A stretch of DNA of 64,000 bases from NCBI RefSeq assembly GCF_004010195.1, contig NC_057750.1:16513330-16577329 (forward strand), written 5' to 3'. The translations under genes and the position numbers were made by a program. A model generated the notes under the pieces. That model was given only the letters and a program-made list of their open reading frames with translations. It was not told where the DNA came from and ran no database searches. Source of the DNA: Chiloscyllium plagiosum. Its lineage: Eukaryota. This document shows, in pieces, positions 26,409-39,624 of the stretch. Position 1 is the first letter of the stretch. Each line of letters opens with the position of its first letter.

Positions 26409-26587
26409 CAGAATCGAGAATGTGGTGCTGGAAAAGCACAGCAGGTCAGGCATCCTGATCCCTGATGAAGGACTTATGCCTGAAACGTCGATTCTCCTGT
26501 TCCTCGGATGCTGCCTGGCCTACAGCGCTTTTCTAGCACCACATTCTCGACTCTAATCTCCAGCATCTACAATACTCACTTTTGCCT
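26409..26587 (+). mobile_element. PLE family A end with short inverted 5' copy; hammerhead core 26462-26489
   Basis: TCGAGAATGTGGTGCTGGAAAAGC inverted relative to GCTTTTCTAGCACCACATTCTCGA. Confidence 0.85.
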
Positions 26588-27090
26588 ACGGATTAAAAAG
26601 GAGTCTGGCCAAGGTGAGAATTAAACTTCAGTCTGTGAAACAGCCATTGAAGAACTGGATTGGGTAGAAAATTGATGCATTTGCAAGAGGGTGAAAGGAA
26701 GTCAGTTTGGAAATCCCTAGATAATGAAACATCTGAAGGTTAAAATACACAGGGGAAAAAAAGCTTCTAACAATTGGAAAATTCATAGAGAAGCTAAATA
26801 CAGAAAACACAGAGCAGCTTCAAATACTAGAAGAAAAGGCAAAGAGAAAGCATAAGAATAATTTACTGGCTAACATAAAAGAGGAACTTAGTAAAATAAC
26901 CTTGCCAAAAGAAGGATTGAGCTGATTAGGAACAAAAGAGGGATTTTCTTAAAGACACAGACAACATGGCTGGTGTACTAAAATAAAGATTTTCTAACTG
27001 TCTTCAGCAATGAAGAGGATAGAGCCAGTGTAGCGGTAAAGGAGAAAACAGAGGCAATATTGGACAGGGTAAGAACAGATAAGGAGGAGA

Positions 27091-27997
27091 TTTGATTTGA
27101 TTTATTGTCATGTGTACCTAAGTACAGAGAAGAGCTTTGTTTACAAGCCCTACAGGCAGATCATTGTAACCAAGTATATACAGATCATAAGGTGAAAAAA
27201 AATTAAACAAAGGCATACAGAGTGTGTTCTAGGCAAGATCAACATTAGCAAGATCAGCATTATTTGAAATTAGAGACTCCATTCATCTGTCTGATAAAGC
27301 CAGGGAAGAAGCTGTTATTGAGCCTGGTGTGTGTGTGTACAAGCTTCTGTATTTCTGCCTGACAGGAGAGATTGTAGGAGAGCATTACAATTGTGTAAAG
27401 GATCTTTGATGATGCTGGCAGCCTTTCGGCTACAACGGACCATGTAAATGGAGCCCATGGATGGAATGTGGCTCCATGATGGTCTGGGTTGTGCATACAT
27501 CCTTCTGTAGTTTCTTACTATCCTGGGCAGAGTAGTTGCTGTTGCAGATCGTCATGCATCCTGACAGTATGCTTTCAATTTGTCAAAGTTGGTGAGAGAC
27601 CTTGTGGACTTGCCAAATTTCCTGAGCCTCCTGTGGAAGAAGAGGCATTGTTGTGCCTTCTTGACTGTCGCATCTACATGGGAAGTCAAGGACAGGTTGT
27701 CGGTTATCATCGCTCCTCGGGGGGTTGATGTTCTCCGCCCTCCCAGCATCAGCACCATTGATGCAGATGTTGGGGGGGGGAGGTGTTCTCCTCTCTTCTT
27801 TCTGTACTCAGTGATCAGTTCTTTAGTTATGCCCACATTGACAGAGAGGCTGTTCTCATTGCACCTCATCACCAAGCCCTCTCTCTCATTTCTGTATTCT
27901 GATTTGTCATTGTTTGATATCCATCGTAGTGGTGTCATCAGCAAACTTGTAGACGGTGTTTGTTTGGAATTTGACACACAGTCATTGGTGTATAGGA
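27091..27997 (-). mobile_element. Rex1/Babar-like LINE 3' fragment inserted in an old CR1 (26590-28140)
   Basis: ISNNDKSEYRNE..TKELI..KKAQQCLFFHRRLRKFG; tail AATAAATCAAATCAAATC. Confidence 0.8.
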
Positions 27998-29639
27998 AAT
28001 GCTACTGGTCCTCAAAGTAGAAAGATCACCAGGTCATGATGGAATGTATAATAATTTTTGAAGAAAATGAGGATGGAAATTGCAAAGCTTCTGGCCTCAA
28101 TCACTAATGCATATGATGTTGGTGCCAGAGAACTGGAGGATTTATCTTTTGTTCATTGACAGGATATGAGCATCACTACATATGCCAGCATTCATTGCCC
28201 AGAGAACAGTTGAGAGTCAACCACATTGTTGTGGGTCTGGAGTCACATGTAAGCCAGACCAGGTAAGGATGGCAGTTTCCTTCCCTAAAGGAAATTAGCG
28301 AACCAGATTTCATGGCCATTGTTGGGCTTTTAATTCCAGATTTTAAGTGAATTCAAATTCCACCATGTTATGGTGGGGTTAGAACCCAGATCCCCAGAAC
28401 ATTACCTGGGCTGATTGAGGTGCAGCAACTGACATGCATCCACTCTCACAGCTACCCAACTGTTCCCCCATCTCATAGGTGTCCATTCTTGCATGAACAG
28501 TTCTACCCCTCACTTCCACTCACAAGCCTCTCACTCCTATCCCAATCCCAGCTCCCATTTTAACAGATCTTGCTGAGTCATTGTGATACTTTTCAACTTG
28601 AAATATGGGTCCCAGTGGGGATAGGTTTGGGTGGCACTGTTTGAGATGATAACCCGAAATAAAATTAATTGGTAATCACTTGGTTAAGGCAAACCAGTGT
28701 TAAAGTAATAGGTTTTGAGACCTTTGGCTCAATAACATAGAAAATTGATGACTGATGTGTGTACGTGAACTCTGGAACTGTGTTTGGCAAAGTAATGCAG
28801 AGCACTTTTGTGAAGGCACTGAAGGGACCACAGTTGAGCTGTTTTGTTCTATTCTGGTTTTCATAATTTTAGAAAGATGTCAAGACCTTGGAGAGCAGAT
28901 TCATGGAAATGGTATCCATGTAAAGGACTTTTCAATTTCCTTTTGGACTATAAACTGGAAAATGGAAGTTGGACACCACTGTATAGCTAAAAGTCAGAAC
29001 TCTGAGTCAAAGAGAGCCTTCAGATTTGTCCAGTTACACTTTAAGACCTTTAGTGTGAGACACATCTTATCTGCAGTGCATTCAAAGGCAACCTGAAGCC
29101 TGCAGATAAGGTGCATCTCACACTATTTCGCTCTGTGAGTGAAGAAGTCAAAAAAAACCTAGAGATTCTAAAGAAAACACAAGAAAAGACAAGTAGATCC
29201 ATCTGATCACTTTTTGGATTAAAGATTGATCATCACTCTGCAGTCAATATCATGATATCATTGCTAAAAATCAAAGAACTGTGAACCAATGCTATCCACA
29301 ATCCTGAGAATGGATAAAACATAGTGTTTCTGAGGTAATCCTGATTAATGTAGAGGAGGGTCAGGAAGGAAAAAAAGTGTGCATTCCTATGGCATTTTCT
29401 CTCACCAAAATGTTTTAGGAGATTTTAAATAATTTGGAACTCTTTAATACTGGAAACACAGTGGCCAGTTTGAGCAATGTTGCCTCTACAGCAATGTGAT
29501 AATGACCAAATATAATGTATGATTACATGGGGAAACAATACATTGAGCAGGACGTTCGGGATTTCTACTCCACTCGAAATGTGGCCATGGGATCTTTTAT
29601 ATCCAGCTGAGAAGGCAGACCAGGCCTCAGTTTAGCTTA

Positions 29640-30180
29640 GAGTCATAGAGATGTACAGCACAGAAACAGACCCTTCGGTCCAACTCGTCCATGCTGACTA
29701 CATATCCTAACCTAATCTTGTTCAGGCTGAGTAGTGACTTTATAGAGGTTTATAAAATCATGAGGGTCATGGACAGGGTAAATAGTCAAGGTATTTTCCC
29801 TGGGGTGGGGGGTGTCCAGAACTAGAGGGCATAAGTTCAGGGTGAGATGGGAAAGATATGCAAGGGACCAAAGGGGAAACGTTTTGCTGCAGAGGGTGGT
29901 GCATGTATAGAATGAACTTGATTAGAGTGGTGCTGGAAAAGCACAGCAGTTCAAGCAGCATCCGAGCTGCTGGAAAAATCAACATTTCAGGCAAAAGCCC
30001 TTCATCAGGAATACAGGCAGAGTGTCTGAAGGGTGGAGAGAACCTATAGAATGAGCTGCCAGAGGAAGTGGTGGAAACTGGTACAATTACAGCATTTAAA
30101 AGGCACCCGGATGGGTATATGAATAGGGAGGACTTAGAAGGATATGGGCCAAGTGCTGACAAATGGGACTAGATTAAGTT
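29640..30180. mobile_element. CR1 3' fragment with inversion (29640-29722 on -, rest on +), inside a Deu-SINE
   Basis: Terminal AGTCATAGAGATGTACAGC on - joined to + strand RTRGH..QRVV coding remnant. Confidence 0.8.
29916..30044 (-). mobile_element. PLE family A end inserted in CR1
   Basis: TSD TATAGAATGA at 29906-29915 and 30045-30054. Confidence 0.85.
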
Positions 30181-31214
30181 AACTGGGCAGCAGTTCCTTA
30201 GTGCTGCGCTGTGGCATCAGCCTAAATTATGGGCACATGTGGAATTTTAACTGAAGTTTTGAACTGAGAGGAGAGTGTGTCACCCACTGAGCCGTGATAG
30301 TGAATGGCTCCCACTGCCTAAGGAAGTAGCACCCAGGATGAATCAACATACTTGCTGCGAAACGAAAACAAGAATAAGAATGCTACGAATCGTTTTTCTT
30401 CTGAATCATTTTATGACACAGCAAAAAAAACCGTGATCTTTATGAAGCTGGGCAAGTTCCCTTTCTTTAAATCTGCAGGTTTCCTCATGATGTGATATTT
30501 ATAACTCCATAATTTTGAAATGCTGTTGTTTAGATGGCATTTTGGAGTGGGTGTGAGAAAGTGATGAACAGTAATTTATTAGTTTTATTATTAAACTGGA
30601 TAGTTTCTGGTAAGTATTGAAAAAAAAAGAATAACCCAGAAGGTAAAAGGAAACTCTGGCAGTATGAATCCAGTATGAAACTATTTCACAATATTCTAGC
30701 CAATACTGGCAAAAACTGGTCTAAACCTAATAAGTACTCGTTTCATACTTGAGGTGACTACAATATTGATAATTATATTGGACTGTTTGGAAACACTGTT
30801 GAATTCTGTGGCCCCCTGTAGTTTCTCGATCCTCATTGATTTCATTTTGTTGGCTGTGGCCCAAAACTACAGTTTCTCTGGGAAGTCTTCCTCAGAGGTT
30901 TGTCTCCACATTTCCCAGAGGCTGTCAGCTTATTGGAAGAAAGGCTAAGACTCCCCCTTCTAGGAAAACAAAACAACTTACTAGACTGAATATAATGCAG
31001 ACCAAGCAACTGGATTGATCAAATTCTATAAAACTCCTCAGGGCATCTGCTGTTAATATTCATCCTCTTATTCCATTCTGAATATTAGTGGTCATCTCCC
31101 TCAATCTTCCTAACACTGGTCACAACATTGTACCCTCACCCACTCCGAGCGAATTAATCTGCGCTTCTTATCCCACCATCTCTTCCAAGTGTACTGACTC
31201 AGTATGGTTTTGTG

Positions 31215-32838
31215 CAAGAGAAATTGTGTTTTGAGGAAGTAACCAAAATGCTTGTCCATGGCAGAGTGGTGTAAACCTTTGACAAGATTCCACATAATAG
31301 ACTAACTAGTAAAGTTAGATCACATGGGATTCAGGGTGAACTTGCCAATTGGATACACTTGGTAGCACGGTGGCTCAGTGGCTAGCACTGCTGCCTCACA
31401 ATGCCAGGGACCCGGGTTTGTTTCCAGTCTCAGGCGGTCTGTGTGGAGTTTGCACATTCTCCCAGTATCTGTGTAGGTTTCCTCCCACAGTCCAGAGATG
31501 TGCAGGTTAGGTGAATTGGCCATGCTAAATTGCCCATAGTGTTCAGGGATGTTTAGGTTAGGTGAACTAGCCAGGAGAAACATAGAGTAATAGAGTAGGG
31601 TAATATATCTGGGTGGGTTATTCTTCAGAGGGTTGGTGTGGACTTGTTGGGCTGAATGGCCTGTTTCCACACTGCAGGGATTCTAAAATAGCCTTAACGG
31701 CAGGAGACAGAGAGTGATGGTGGAGGGTTGTTTCTCAGGAGGTCTGTGAACAGCAGTGTTCAAAGGGGATTGGTGCTGAGTCCACTTCTATTTGCCATTT
31801 ATATAAATGGTTTAGATGAAAATACATAAAGCACTGTTAGTCAGTTTGTGGATAGCACCAGGATTGGTGGTATAGTGGACAGGGAAGAGGGTTATCTAAG
31901 ATTACAAAGAGATGTTGATCATTTGGGTAAATGGGCTGAAGAGTGGTGAATGGAATTTAATTTGGATAAAGGGGAGGAATTGCATTTTGGTAAAACAAAC
32001 AAAGATAAGACTTATACAGTTAAAAGCAAGCCCTTGCATGGTGTTGGAGAACAGAGAGACCTTGGGGTTCTTTGAAGTGAATGGAATTTAATTTGGATAA
32101 AGAGGAGGAATTGCATTTTGGTAAAACAAACAAAGATAAGACTTATACATGGTGTTGGAGAACAGAGAGACCTTGGGGTTCTTTGAAGTTTGCATCATAT
32201 AAATAAGGTGGTTAAGAAGGCATTTAGCATGCTTACCTTCATTGCTCAGACCTTTGAATATAGGAGTTGGGACATTATGGTGAGGTTGTACAAGACATTG
32301 GTGAGGCTGTCTCTGGAGTACTGTGTCCCATTCTGGTCTTCCTGTTATAAGAAAGTTATTATTATGCTTCAGAGGGTAGAGACAAGATTTACCAGGATGT
32401 TGACAGGAATGCAGGGTTTGAATTATACGGAGAACTGGATAGGCTGGGATATTTCACTGGAGAGTAGGACACTGAGAGTTGACCTTTTAGGAGGTTCATA
32501 AAATAATGAGGGGTATAGATAGATGAATGACAGGTGCCTTTTCCCTAAAGTAGGGGATTTCAAGACGAGGAGGCATATTTCTAAAGTGAGAGGAGGAAGA
32601 CATGAGGGGCACTTCATTTACACAGAGAGTGGTTGATGTGTGGATTGAATTTCCAGATGAAGTGATGGATTCAGGTACAGTTACAATGTTTAAAAGATAC
32701 TTGGATAAGTACATGAATAAGAAATGTTTGGAGGGATATGTGTCAAACACAGGGAAGTGGGATTAGTTTAATTTGGGACTATGGTCAGCCTGGACTGGTT
32801 GTTCCAAAGAGTCTGTTTCTGAGATGTCTGACTCTATA
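31215..32838 (+). mobile_element. CR1 LINE RT to 3' end, decayed, with internal tandem duplication (31946-32187)
   Basis: KPLTRFH/VQRGLVLSP RT remnants, LYKTLVR.SLEYCVPFWS, CR1 3' UTR. Confidence 0.85.
31359..31685 (+). mobile_element. HE1-like V-SINE inserted in CR1
   Basis: GCACGGTGGCTCAGTGGCTAGCACTGCTGCCTCAC head, V-domain and tail. Confidence 0.9.
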
Positions 32839-33046
32839 AAAGCTATAATAGCAATATCTTACTTCTAAATGTTTTAAATATTTCTTACAATGAGATAGGT
32901 TCAGAAGTGTTGTGGAACCTCGGTATCCTTGCTCATGTATCACTGAAAGTTAACATGCAGGTACAGTAAGCAAGTAAGAACAGCTACGTAAGAATCCTAC
33001 TCATTGACTATAGTTCAGTCTTCAACACTATTATCCCTTTATCCCA

Positions 33047-33159
33047 GCCCGAAACATCGATTTTACTGCTCCTCCGATGCTGCCTGAACTGCTGTGCTTT
33101 TCCAGCACCACTTTAATCTAGACTCTGGTTTCCAGCATCTGCAGTCATTGTTTTTACCT
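33047..33159 (+). mobile_element. PLE family A end
   Basis: GCCCGAAACATCGA..CCAGCATCTGCAGTC; imperfect TSD AACACT(AT)TATCCC. Confidence 0.8.
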
Positions 33160-33727
33160 AACACTTATCCCCTCAAGATTGTTTCCTAAGCTTAGTGATT
33201 TCGGACTAAGCCCCACTCTCTGCAATTGGAACCTCAGTTTCCTGACCCACAGGCCACAATCAGTGAAGACTGGGGACAATATTTCATCCTCATTAACACT
33301 CAACACTGGAGCCCCCTACTGTACTCACTGTACATCCATGATTGTGTCACCAAATACCAGACTAATGCCATTTACAAGTTCGCTGATGACACCACCATAG
33401 TCAGTCGAATCTCAGATGGTGACGAAACAGACTACAGATATGAGGTGGAAGACCTGGATAAATGGTGCACCGAGAACATCCTAGCTCTCAATGCAGGCAA
33501 AGCCAAGGAACTTATTATTGACTTTCGGCAGGATGTTACTCATGCCCCCCTACACATTAACAGCACGGAGGTGGAACGAGTGAGGAGTGTCAAGTTCCTG
33601 GGAGTGGTCATCCACAGCAAGCTTCCTTGGACTTTTCATGTGGATGCACAGGTTACAAAGGCCCAACAACGTCTCTTCTTCCTTAGGCAGCTGAGAAAAT
33701 TTGGCATGACGGCAACCTTTATAGGTG

Positions 33728-33852
33728 ATGAAGGGCTTTTGCCTGAAACGAGAGTTTTCCTGCTCCTCGGATGCTGCCTGACCTGCGGTGCTTTTCCAGC
33801 ATCACTCTAATCTTGACTCTAATTTCCAGCATCTGTAGTATCATTTCTGCCT
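33728..33852 (+). mobile_element. PLE family A end
   Basis: TSD AAC(C/T)TTTATAGGTG at 33714-33727 and 33853-33866. Confidence 0.85.
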
Positions 33853-35182
33853 AACTTTTATAGGTGCGACATCAAGAACATTCTATCTGGATGTATCACT
33901 GCCTGGTATGGCAACTGTATCATTCAAGATCGGAGGTGGTTACAGAGAGTGGTGAACTCGGCCCGGACAATCACAAAGGTCAATCTCCCATCTATAGAAT
34001 CCATCTACCAGGCCCACTGTCAAGGAAAGGCTGGCAGCATTCTCAAAGATCCATCCCACCCTGGCAATGTTTTTCTAGAACCTCTACCATCGGGGAAAAG
34101 GTACAGAAGCCTAAACACATGCACCAGCCGGTTTCGTAACAGTTTCCACCCTAATGTTGTTAGAATACTGAATGGACTCACAAACTCTTAACATTCGCTT
34201 GTACCTGTGTTTTTGTTTTTGTTTTTGCTGCTGCATACCTATTATTTACTTATCTATGCTATCTATACCTATATTGCTCGCAAAACAAAGCTTTTCACTG
34301 TGCCTCGGTACACGTGACAATAAATTCAATTCAGAAGGCAAACAGTATGATGGACTTGAATAAAAGGGAATTTGTTTAGTGGGATAAAAATGTCTTACTG
34401 CAATTATATAAAGTCTTCTTAAGACTTAAGTATTGTGTGGAGCTTAGGTCTCCTCATCTGTTCGAAGACATACTTGCCATAGTGGGAATGCAATAAAGGT
34501 TCACTAAATTAATTCCTAGAATGTCTTATGAGGAAAGATTAGATAGATGGGACCTGTATTCTCTGGAGTTTAAAAGAAAAGAGGTGATTTCTTTCAAACA
34601 TACAGAGGGCTCAAGAAGGTGGAAGCAGGAACAGTATTTCCTCCTGGTTAGATGGGTTTAGGATTAGGGAATACTGCCTTAGAATAAGGGATAGGCCATT
34701 CAGGACAGAAGGAATTTCACCCAGAGAGTGGTGAAACTTTGCAGTTCTCTACCCCAGAGGGCTGTGGAGGTACAGTCATTGGGTATGTTCACAACTGGGA
34801 TTGATAAATGTCTACATTTTAAAAACATCAAGTGATACAGGGATAGTGTGGGAAAATGGTTTTGAAGTAAAAGATCAGTCATAGTCTCATTGAATGGCAG
34901 AGCAGGTTGAAGGATTGAATGGGTCACTCCTTCTATTTCTTCTGTTCTTACACTGCACATTTGACATCCCAAGGCACTTGCCAAGACATTAACAGTGTTA
35001 ACAATGAATTACGTATGTAAGAATTGGTGGTGTATTAACCCAATAGGATTTTTAATGAAGGCTGTAGGAACCTTATGAAGAAAATTCCCAAAATAGTTTT
35101 GTGGGTGAAAGACACATGACGGATCTGTAATTACAGCCAAAGATGTCTTTAGACATCCCTGATTGGGTTGGACCTCGTTATC

Positions 35183-35502
35183 AAGCTTTTTCCCCAGGGT
35201 GGGGGACTCAATTGCTAGGGGTCATGGGTTCAAGGTGAGAGGGGAAATGTTTAAGGGAAATATGCGTGGAAAGTTCTTTACGCAGAGGATGGTGGCTGCT
35301 TGGAACCTGTTGCCAGCAGAAGTGGTAGAGGCGGGCACGATAGCGTCATTTCAGATGTATTTAGACAGATACATGAATGGGCAGGGAGCAGAGGGATACA
35401 AATCCTTAGAAAATAGGCAACAGATTTAGATAGAGGATTTGGATCGGCGCAAACTCGGATGGCCAAAGGGCCTGTTCCTGTGCTGTAATGTTCTATGTTC
35501 TT
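35183..35502 (+). mobile_element. CR1 3' fragment
   Basis: ARGHGFKVRG..FFTQRMVAAWN; (TGTTC) tail. Confidence 0.85.
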
Positions 35503-37055
35503 TGTAACTGAGTATCTGAGAAAACGTACAAATATACAAATTAAGAGCAAAGTTAAAAGCAGGTTCTCAGGAGAAGAATAAATCAATTTAGGCCAGGAAG
35601 AAGTTTTTTGAAGTGAAGTGATTTATGTTAGTTTCAGATTCAGATGGCAGAAGATCAAGAGATTGACACTCATTCTGTACAACTGTTCATCTGCTAGGAC
35701 CATTAAGCCAGCCTCATGTGTTATGGGCCATATGCATTTCCTGCTTATACCTCATTTAAACTATTGATTCTTAAATGGATTACTTTTAAAGATCACAGGA
35801 CTACCATCACCTTTTCGATGACTCCCTGGATTAGAATCTCAGAAGGGTCTGAGCTATGGAGAAAAGGCAGAAAAGTGCAGGTGAAGATGAGATCAATCGT
35901 GATCTCATTGATAGAGGAAACTCGATGGACTGAATGGCCTACTTGTGCTCCTGTGTCGTAAAATTAAATGCTTGCTCAAAGTAGTTGGTTTTAAGGAGTG
36001 TCAGAAAACTGAGGTCAAGAGGTTTTGGAAGAAAATTCCAGAGCTCATGGCCACCAGTGATGGGATAATTAAAATTGGGGCAGTGCTACAGAACTGGATT
36101 GGAGGAGTACAAAGATCTTGCATGGTGAGCAGGCTGTAATCTGGTTGCCTATCCACTCCTTAAGGAACCAAGAGCTGATATTTATATCACGGTTTCTGCA
36201 ACCAAAAGTTACCTTCAGTGTTTTACAGCAGATAGAATACTTTGTGAAGTTGTTGCATTACACTTCTGGCAAACCTCTTCTGCACTCTCTCCAAAGTGCT
36301 CACATCCTTCCTAATACACGGCACCCAGAATTGTACATAATACTCCAGTTGAAGTTCAACATGTGTCTTTTACAAGTTCAACATTACCTCCTTGCTCTTG
36401 TACTCTGTGCCTCAATTAACAAAGCCAAGGGTATTGTATTCTTTACTTATTTCTCTCTCTCCCAGACCTGCCACTTTCAATTATCTTGCGCCTATAGACC
36501 AAGGCCCCTCTTCTCCTGCAACTCTTTTAGAATTGTACCCTCCATTTTATATTGTCTTTGAATGTTCGTGAAACTACAGGAATTTCTTGGCTTTTGCCCT
36601 GTTTTATAGTTGCCACTGTGTTTATGTTGTCCTTTTCTGGCATGGGTATCAAATACTTGTAGGTTCAAATGCTCAAATTGTGAAACTCACCTCCTGACTC
36701 TCCAAAGATTGACAACCATCTACAAGACATAAGTAAACAATTTGATGGAATAATCTTCACTTTGCTGGATGGGTACAGCCCCGACAACATTCAAGAAGCT
36801 CAACACCATCCAGGACAAAACAGATCATTTGATTGGCACCTCATCCACCACCTTCAGTTTTCAATCTCATCATCACTGGCACACATCCAGCAGCAGTGTG
36901 TACTATCGACAAAATGCCCCACAATAAATCAAGGTTCCTTCAATAGAACAAACAATCAAATTAGAAGCTAGATTGACCCCTTGAGCCTGCTCCACTACTC
37001 AATAGGTTTATGGCTGATCTGATTACTGCTCATTAACACTTAACACCTGATAGCA

Positions 37056-37731
37056 AGCACGCGGTGTCGACCAACACCCTGGAGTTGTTCAGGGAGAGGT
37101 GGGCACCGCAGGGAGTGGAGTGCATCATTTCTCCCTCCAATTTATTTTTAAGGGCAGTGTTTGTCACTGGCCACCCGGGTGTTTTCCTATCTTCCTGATG
37201 GTGGAGTTTGAATAAAGATTGGTGCACTTTGTGTCTTTCACTGTGTCTCACACCTGCACACACACACCATGGGTGCTGGGGATAAAATAAGCACTACCGC
37301 ACTTAGGTGGTAGTGTGGGGGTTAATATAAAAAAAGAAGAAAAGAAAAATAAAAATAAAATAAAATAAAAAAAAACACCTGATAGCAAGCACGCGGTGTT
37401 GACCAACACCCTGGAGTTGTTCAGGGAGAGGTGGGCGCCGCAGGGAGTGGAGTGCATCATTTCTCCCTCCAACTCTATTTTGATTTAGTCCCTACCCACC
37501 CCTTCACTGTTTTGATCACACAGCACTGCCCTTTGATGTGAAGGGCAGTGCTTGTCACTGGCCACCCGGGTGTTTTCCTATATTCCTGGTGGTGGAAATT
37601 GAATAAAGATTGGTGCACTTTGTGCCTTTCACTGTGTCTCACACCTGCACACACACACCATGGGTGCTGGGGAAAAAATAAGCACTACCGCACTTAGGTG
37701 GTAGTGTGGGGGTAAAAAAACCCAAAAGAAC
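37056..37731 (+). mobile_element. Two tandem 3' fragments of a Tx1/L1-like LINE
   Basis: FRERWAPQGVEC C-terminus, AATAAA, A-rich tails; CACCTGATAGCA at 37044, 37376 and 37732; same family as 59689-60297. Confidence 0.8.
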
Positions 37732-37894
37732 CACCTGATAGCATTTCACCCCCCCCCGTTCATCAAGAATCTATCTATCTATCTTTGCCTTAAAATATTC
37801 AAAGCCTCTGCTTCAACCACCTTTTGAATAAATGATTTCCAAAGATTCACAACCTTCTCGCTGTCTTAAATGGACAACCTCTTATTTTAAACAA

Positions 37895-39136
37895 AGTTAA
37901 AAATCACACAACACCAGGTTATAGTCCAACAGGTTTAATTGGAAGCACACTAGCTTTCGGAGCATCGCTACTTCATCAGGTGGTTGTGGAGGACATAATT
38001 GTAAGGCATAGAATTTATAACAAAAATTTACAGTGTGATGTAACTGAAATTATACATTGAAAAATACCTTGATTGTCTGTTGAGTGTTTCATCTGTTCGA
38101 ATACCATAATAGTTTCACTTCTTTCATGTGTAAATCACAAAACCTTTTTTTAAAAGTTGCATTCTCAGGTTAACTGTAACAATTGGTGTTAGCTAGACAA
38201 TACGTTGAAGGTGTTAGCTCCCTGTGTTCTATGTCTATGCCATGATGTTTAGATTGATTCCAATCTAAAAAGTGAGATAACAGAGTTTTACATGAATTCA
38301 TGCAGTTTTTGAGCAAAGTACAATGTAACTCTGCAAGTACAAATTCACCCCACAAAATATATGTGTGCATGTGTGTGTGTATGTCTGTCTGGTTTGGGGG
38401 TTGTGAGTGTCTGTGAGAGAGAGTGTATATGTGTGTGCATGAGTGTAGAGTGGTCTAAGTCTCTGAGAGGATGCATGTGTGAGTGTGGGAGCGTGTGTGT
38501 GTCTGTAAGGGTGTGTGTGAGTGTCTGTGTCCATGTCTGTGTATATGTGTGTCCGTTGTGTATGTGTGTGTATAGGAGTGTCTGTGTGTGTGTATAATGC
38601 AATGGTGGTCACCTGTAGTGTGACATGAACCCAAGGTCCCAGTTGAGGCCCTCCCTGTGGGTATGGAACTTAGCTATCAGCCTCTGCTCGGCCACTTTTC
38701 GCTGCTGCCTGTCCCGAAGTCTGCCTTGGAGGATGGTCACCTGAAGGTCCGAGGTCAACTGTCCTGGACCACTGAAGTTTTCCCCAACTGGGAGGGAACA
38801 CTCCTGTCTGTTGATTGATTGTTGTGCAGTGCCCATTCATCCGTTGCTGTAGCCTTTGCTCAGTTTCTCCAATGTACCATGCCTCAGGGCATCCTTGCCT
38901 GCAACGTATAAGATAGACAACATTGGCTGAGTCACATGAGTACCTGCCACATACAAGGTGGGAGGTGTCCCCACGTGTAATGGAGGTATCCATGTCCACA
39001 CTCTTGACACGTCTTGCAGCACCTACCGTGACAGGGTTGTATGGAGTTGTCCTGAAAGCCAGCAGCTTGTTACGAACAATGATCTGTTTGAGGTTTGGTG
39101 GTTGTTTAAAGGCAAGCAGTGGAGGTGTGATCACTG
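37895..39136 (-). mobile_element. Penelope-like element family B (GIY-YIG endonuclease remnant and pseudo-LTR)
   Basis: PPLLAFKQPPNLK..VVYLIRC..WYIGETEQRL; TSD TATTTTAAACAA at 37883-37894 and 39137-39148. Confidence 0.9.
37951..37979 (-). ncRNA. Minimal hammerhead ribozyme motif (PLE family B)
   Basis: CAC-CTGATGA-AGTAGCGATGCTCC-GAAA-G-CTA-GTG on -: core, AGC/GCT stem II, palindromic AGCT stem III, CUA triplet, CAC/GTG stem I. Confidence 0.65.
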
Positions 39137-39624
39137 TATTTTAAACAATGATCCTTGCTTCTAGACTGTCCTGCAAGGGGAAATATCTTCCAAACCAGTG
39201 ATCTTTACCACCTAGAAGGAGAAGGGCAGCAAATACATAGGAACACTACCACCTGCAAGTTTTCCTCTAATTTGCGCATCATCTGCAATTGGAAATATAT
39301 CTCTATAGCCAGTAAGTGCTCATGGTCATGAAGGAGAGATCACAGCCCAAGTGAGTATATGGATGGCATAACTGGAGGCAGCATGGGAATTTGGTACAGA
39401 GTGAAAGAAGTGCTTTTTACTTGTATTTTTGGCTCATTGTTTGTAAAGATTTTTTAAATGAGAAATTGAAGTCCAGGATCAGGGGCCCAGAACAAAAGAA
39501 AGAGTGACGTTACAGGTAAACCATAAGTTCATTGGAGAAAAAGTTCCTTATTTGACTATGGTAGGTTACTTTCCGACTGAAGGTAAATTGGGGATACATT
39601 TACAGGAGAAGCAGAAAGGGTTGT

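Larger units (their letters stand above)
32981..34333 (+). mobile_element. Rex1/Babar-like LINE (RT to 3' end) with two PLE insertions
   Basis: SPLLYSLYIHDC..KFADDTTIVSRISDGDETDYR..KAQQRLFFLRQLRKFG; 3' end GTGACAATAAATTCAATTCA. Confidence 0.88.

Noticed and set aside
31359..31430. tRNA genes at SINE heads (also 14645, 25840, 41223, 44782, 57418)
   Set aside because: A/B boxes run into the V-SINE body; no full cloverleaf.
33226..33810. Functional reverse transcriptase gene
   Set aside because: 5'-truncated, frameshifted and interrupted by PLE insertions.
38298..38612. His/Thr- or Cys/Val-rich ORFs (also 20837-21112)
   Set aside because: Translations of TG/CA low-complexity tracts.
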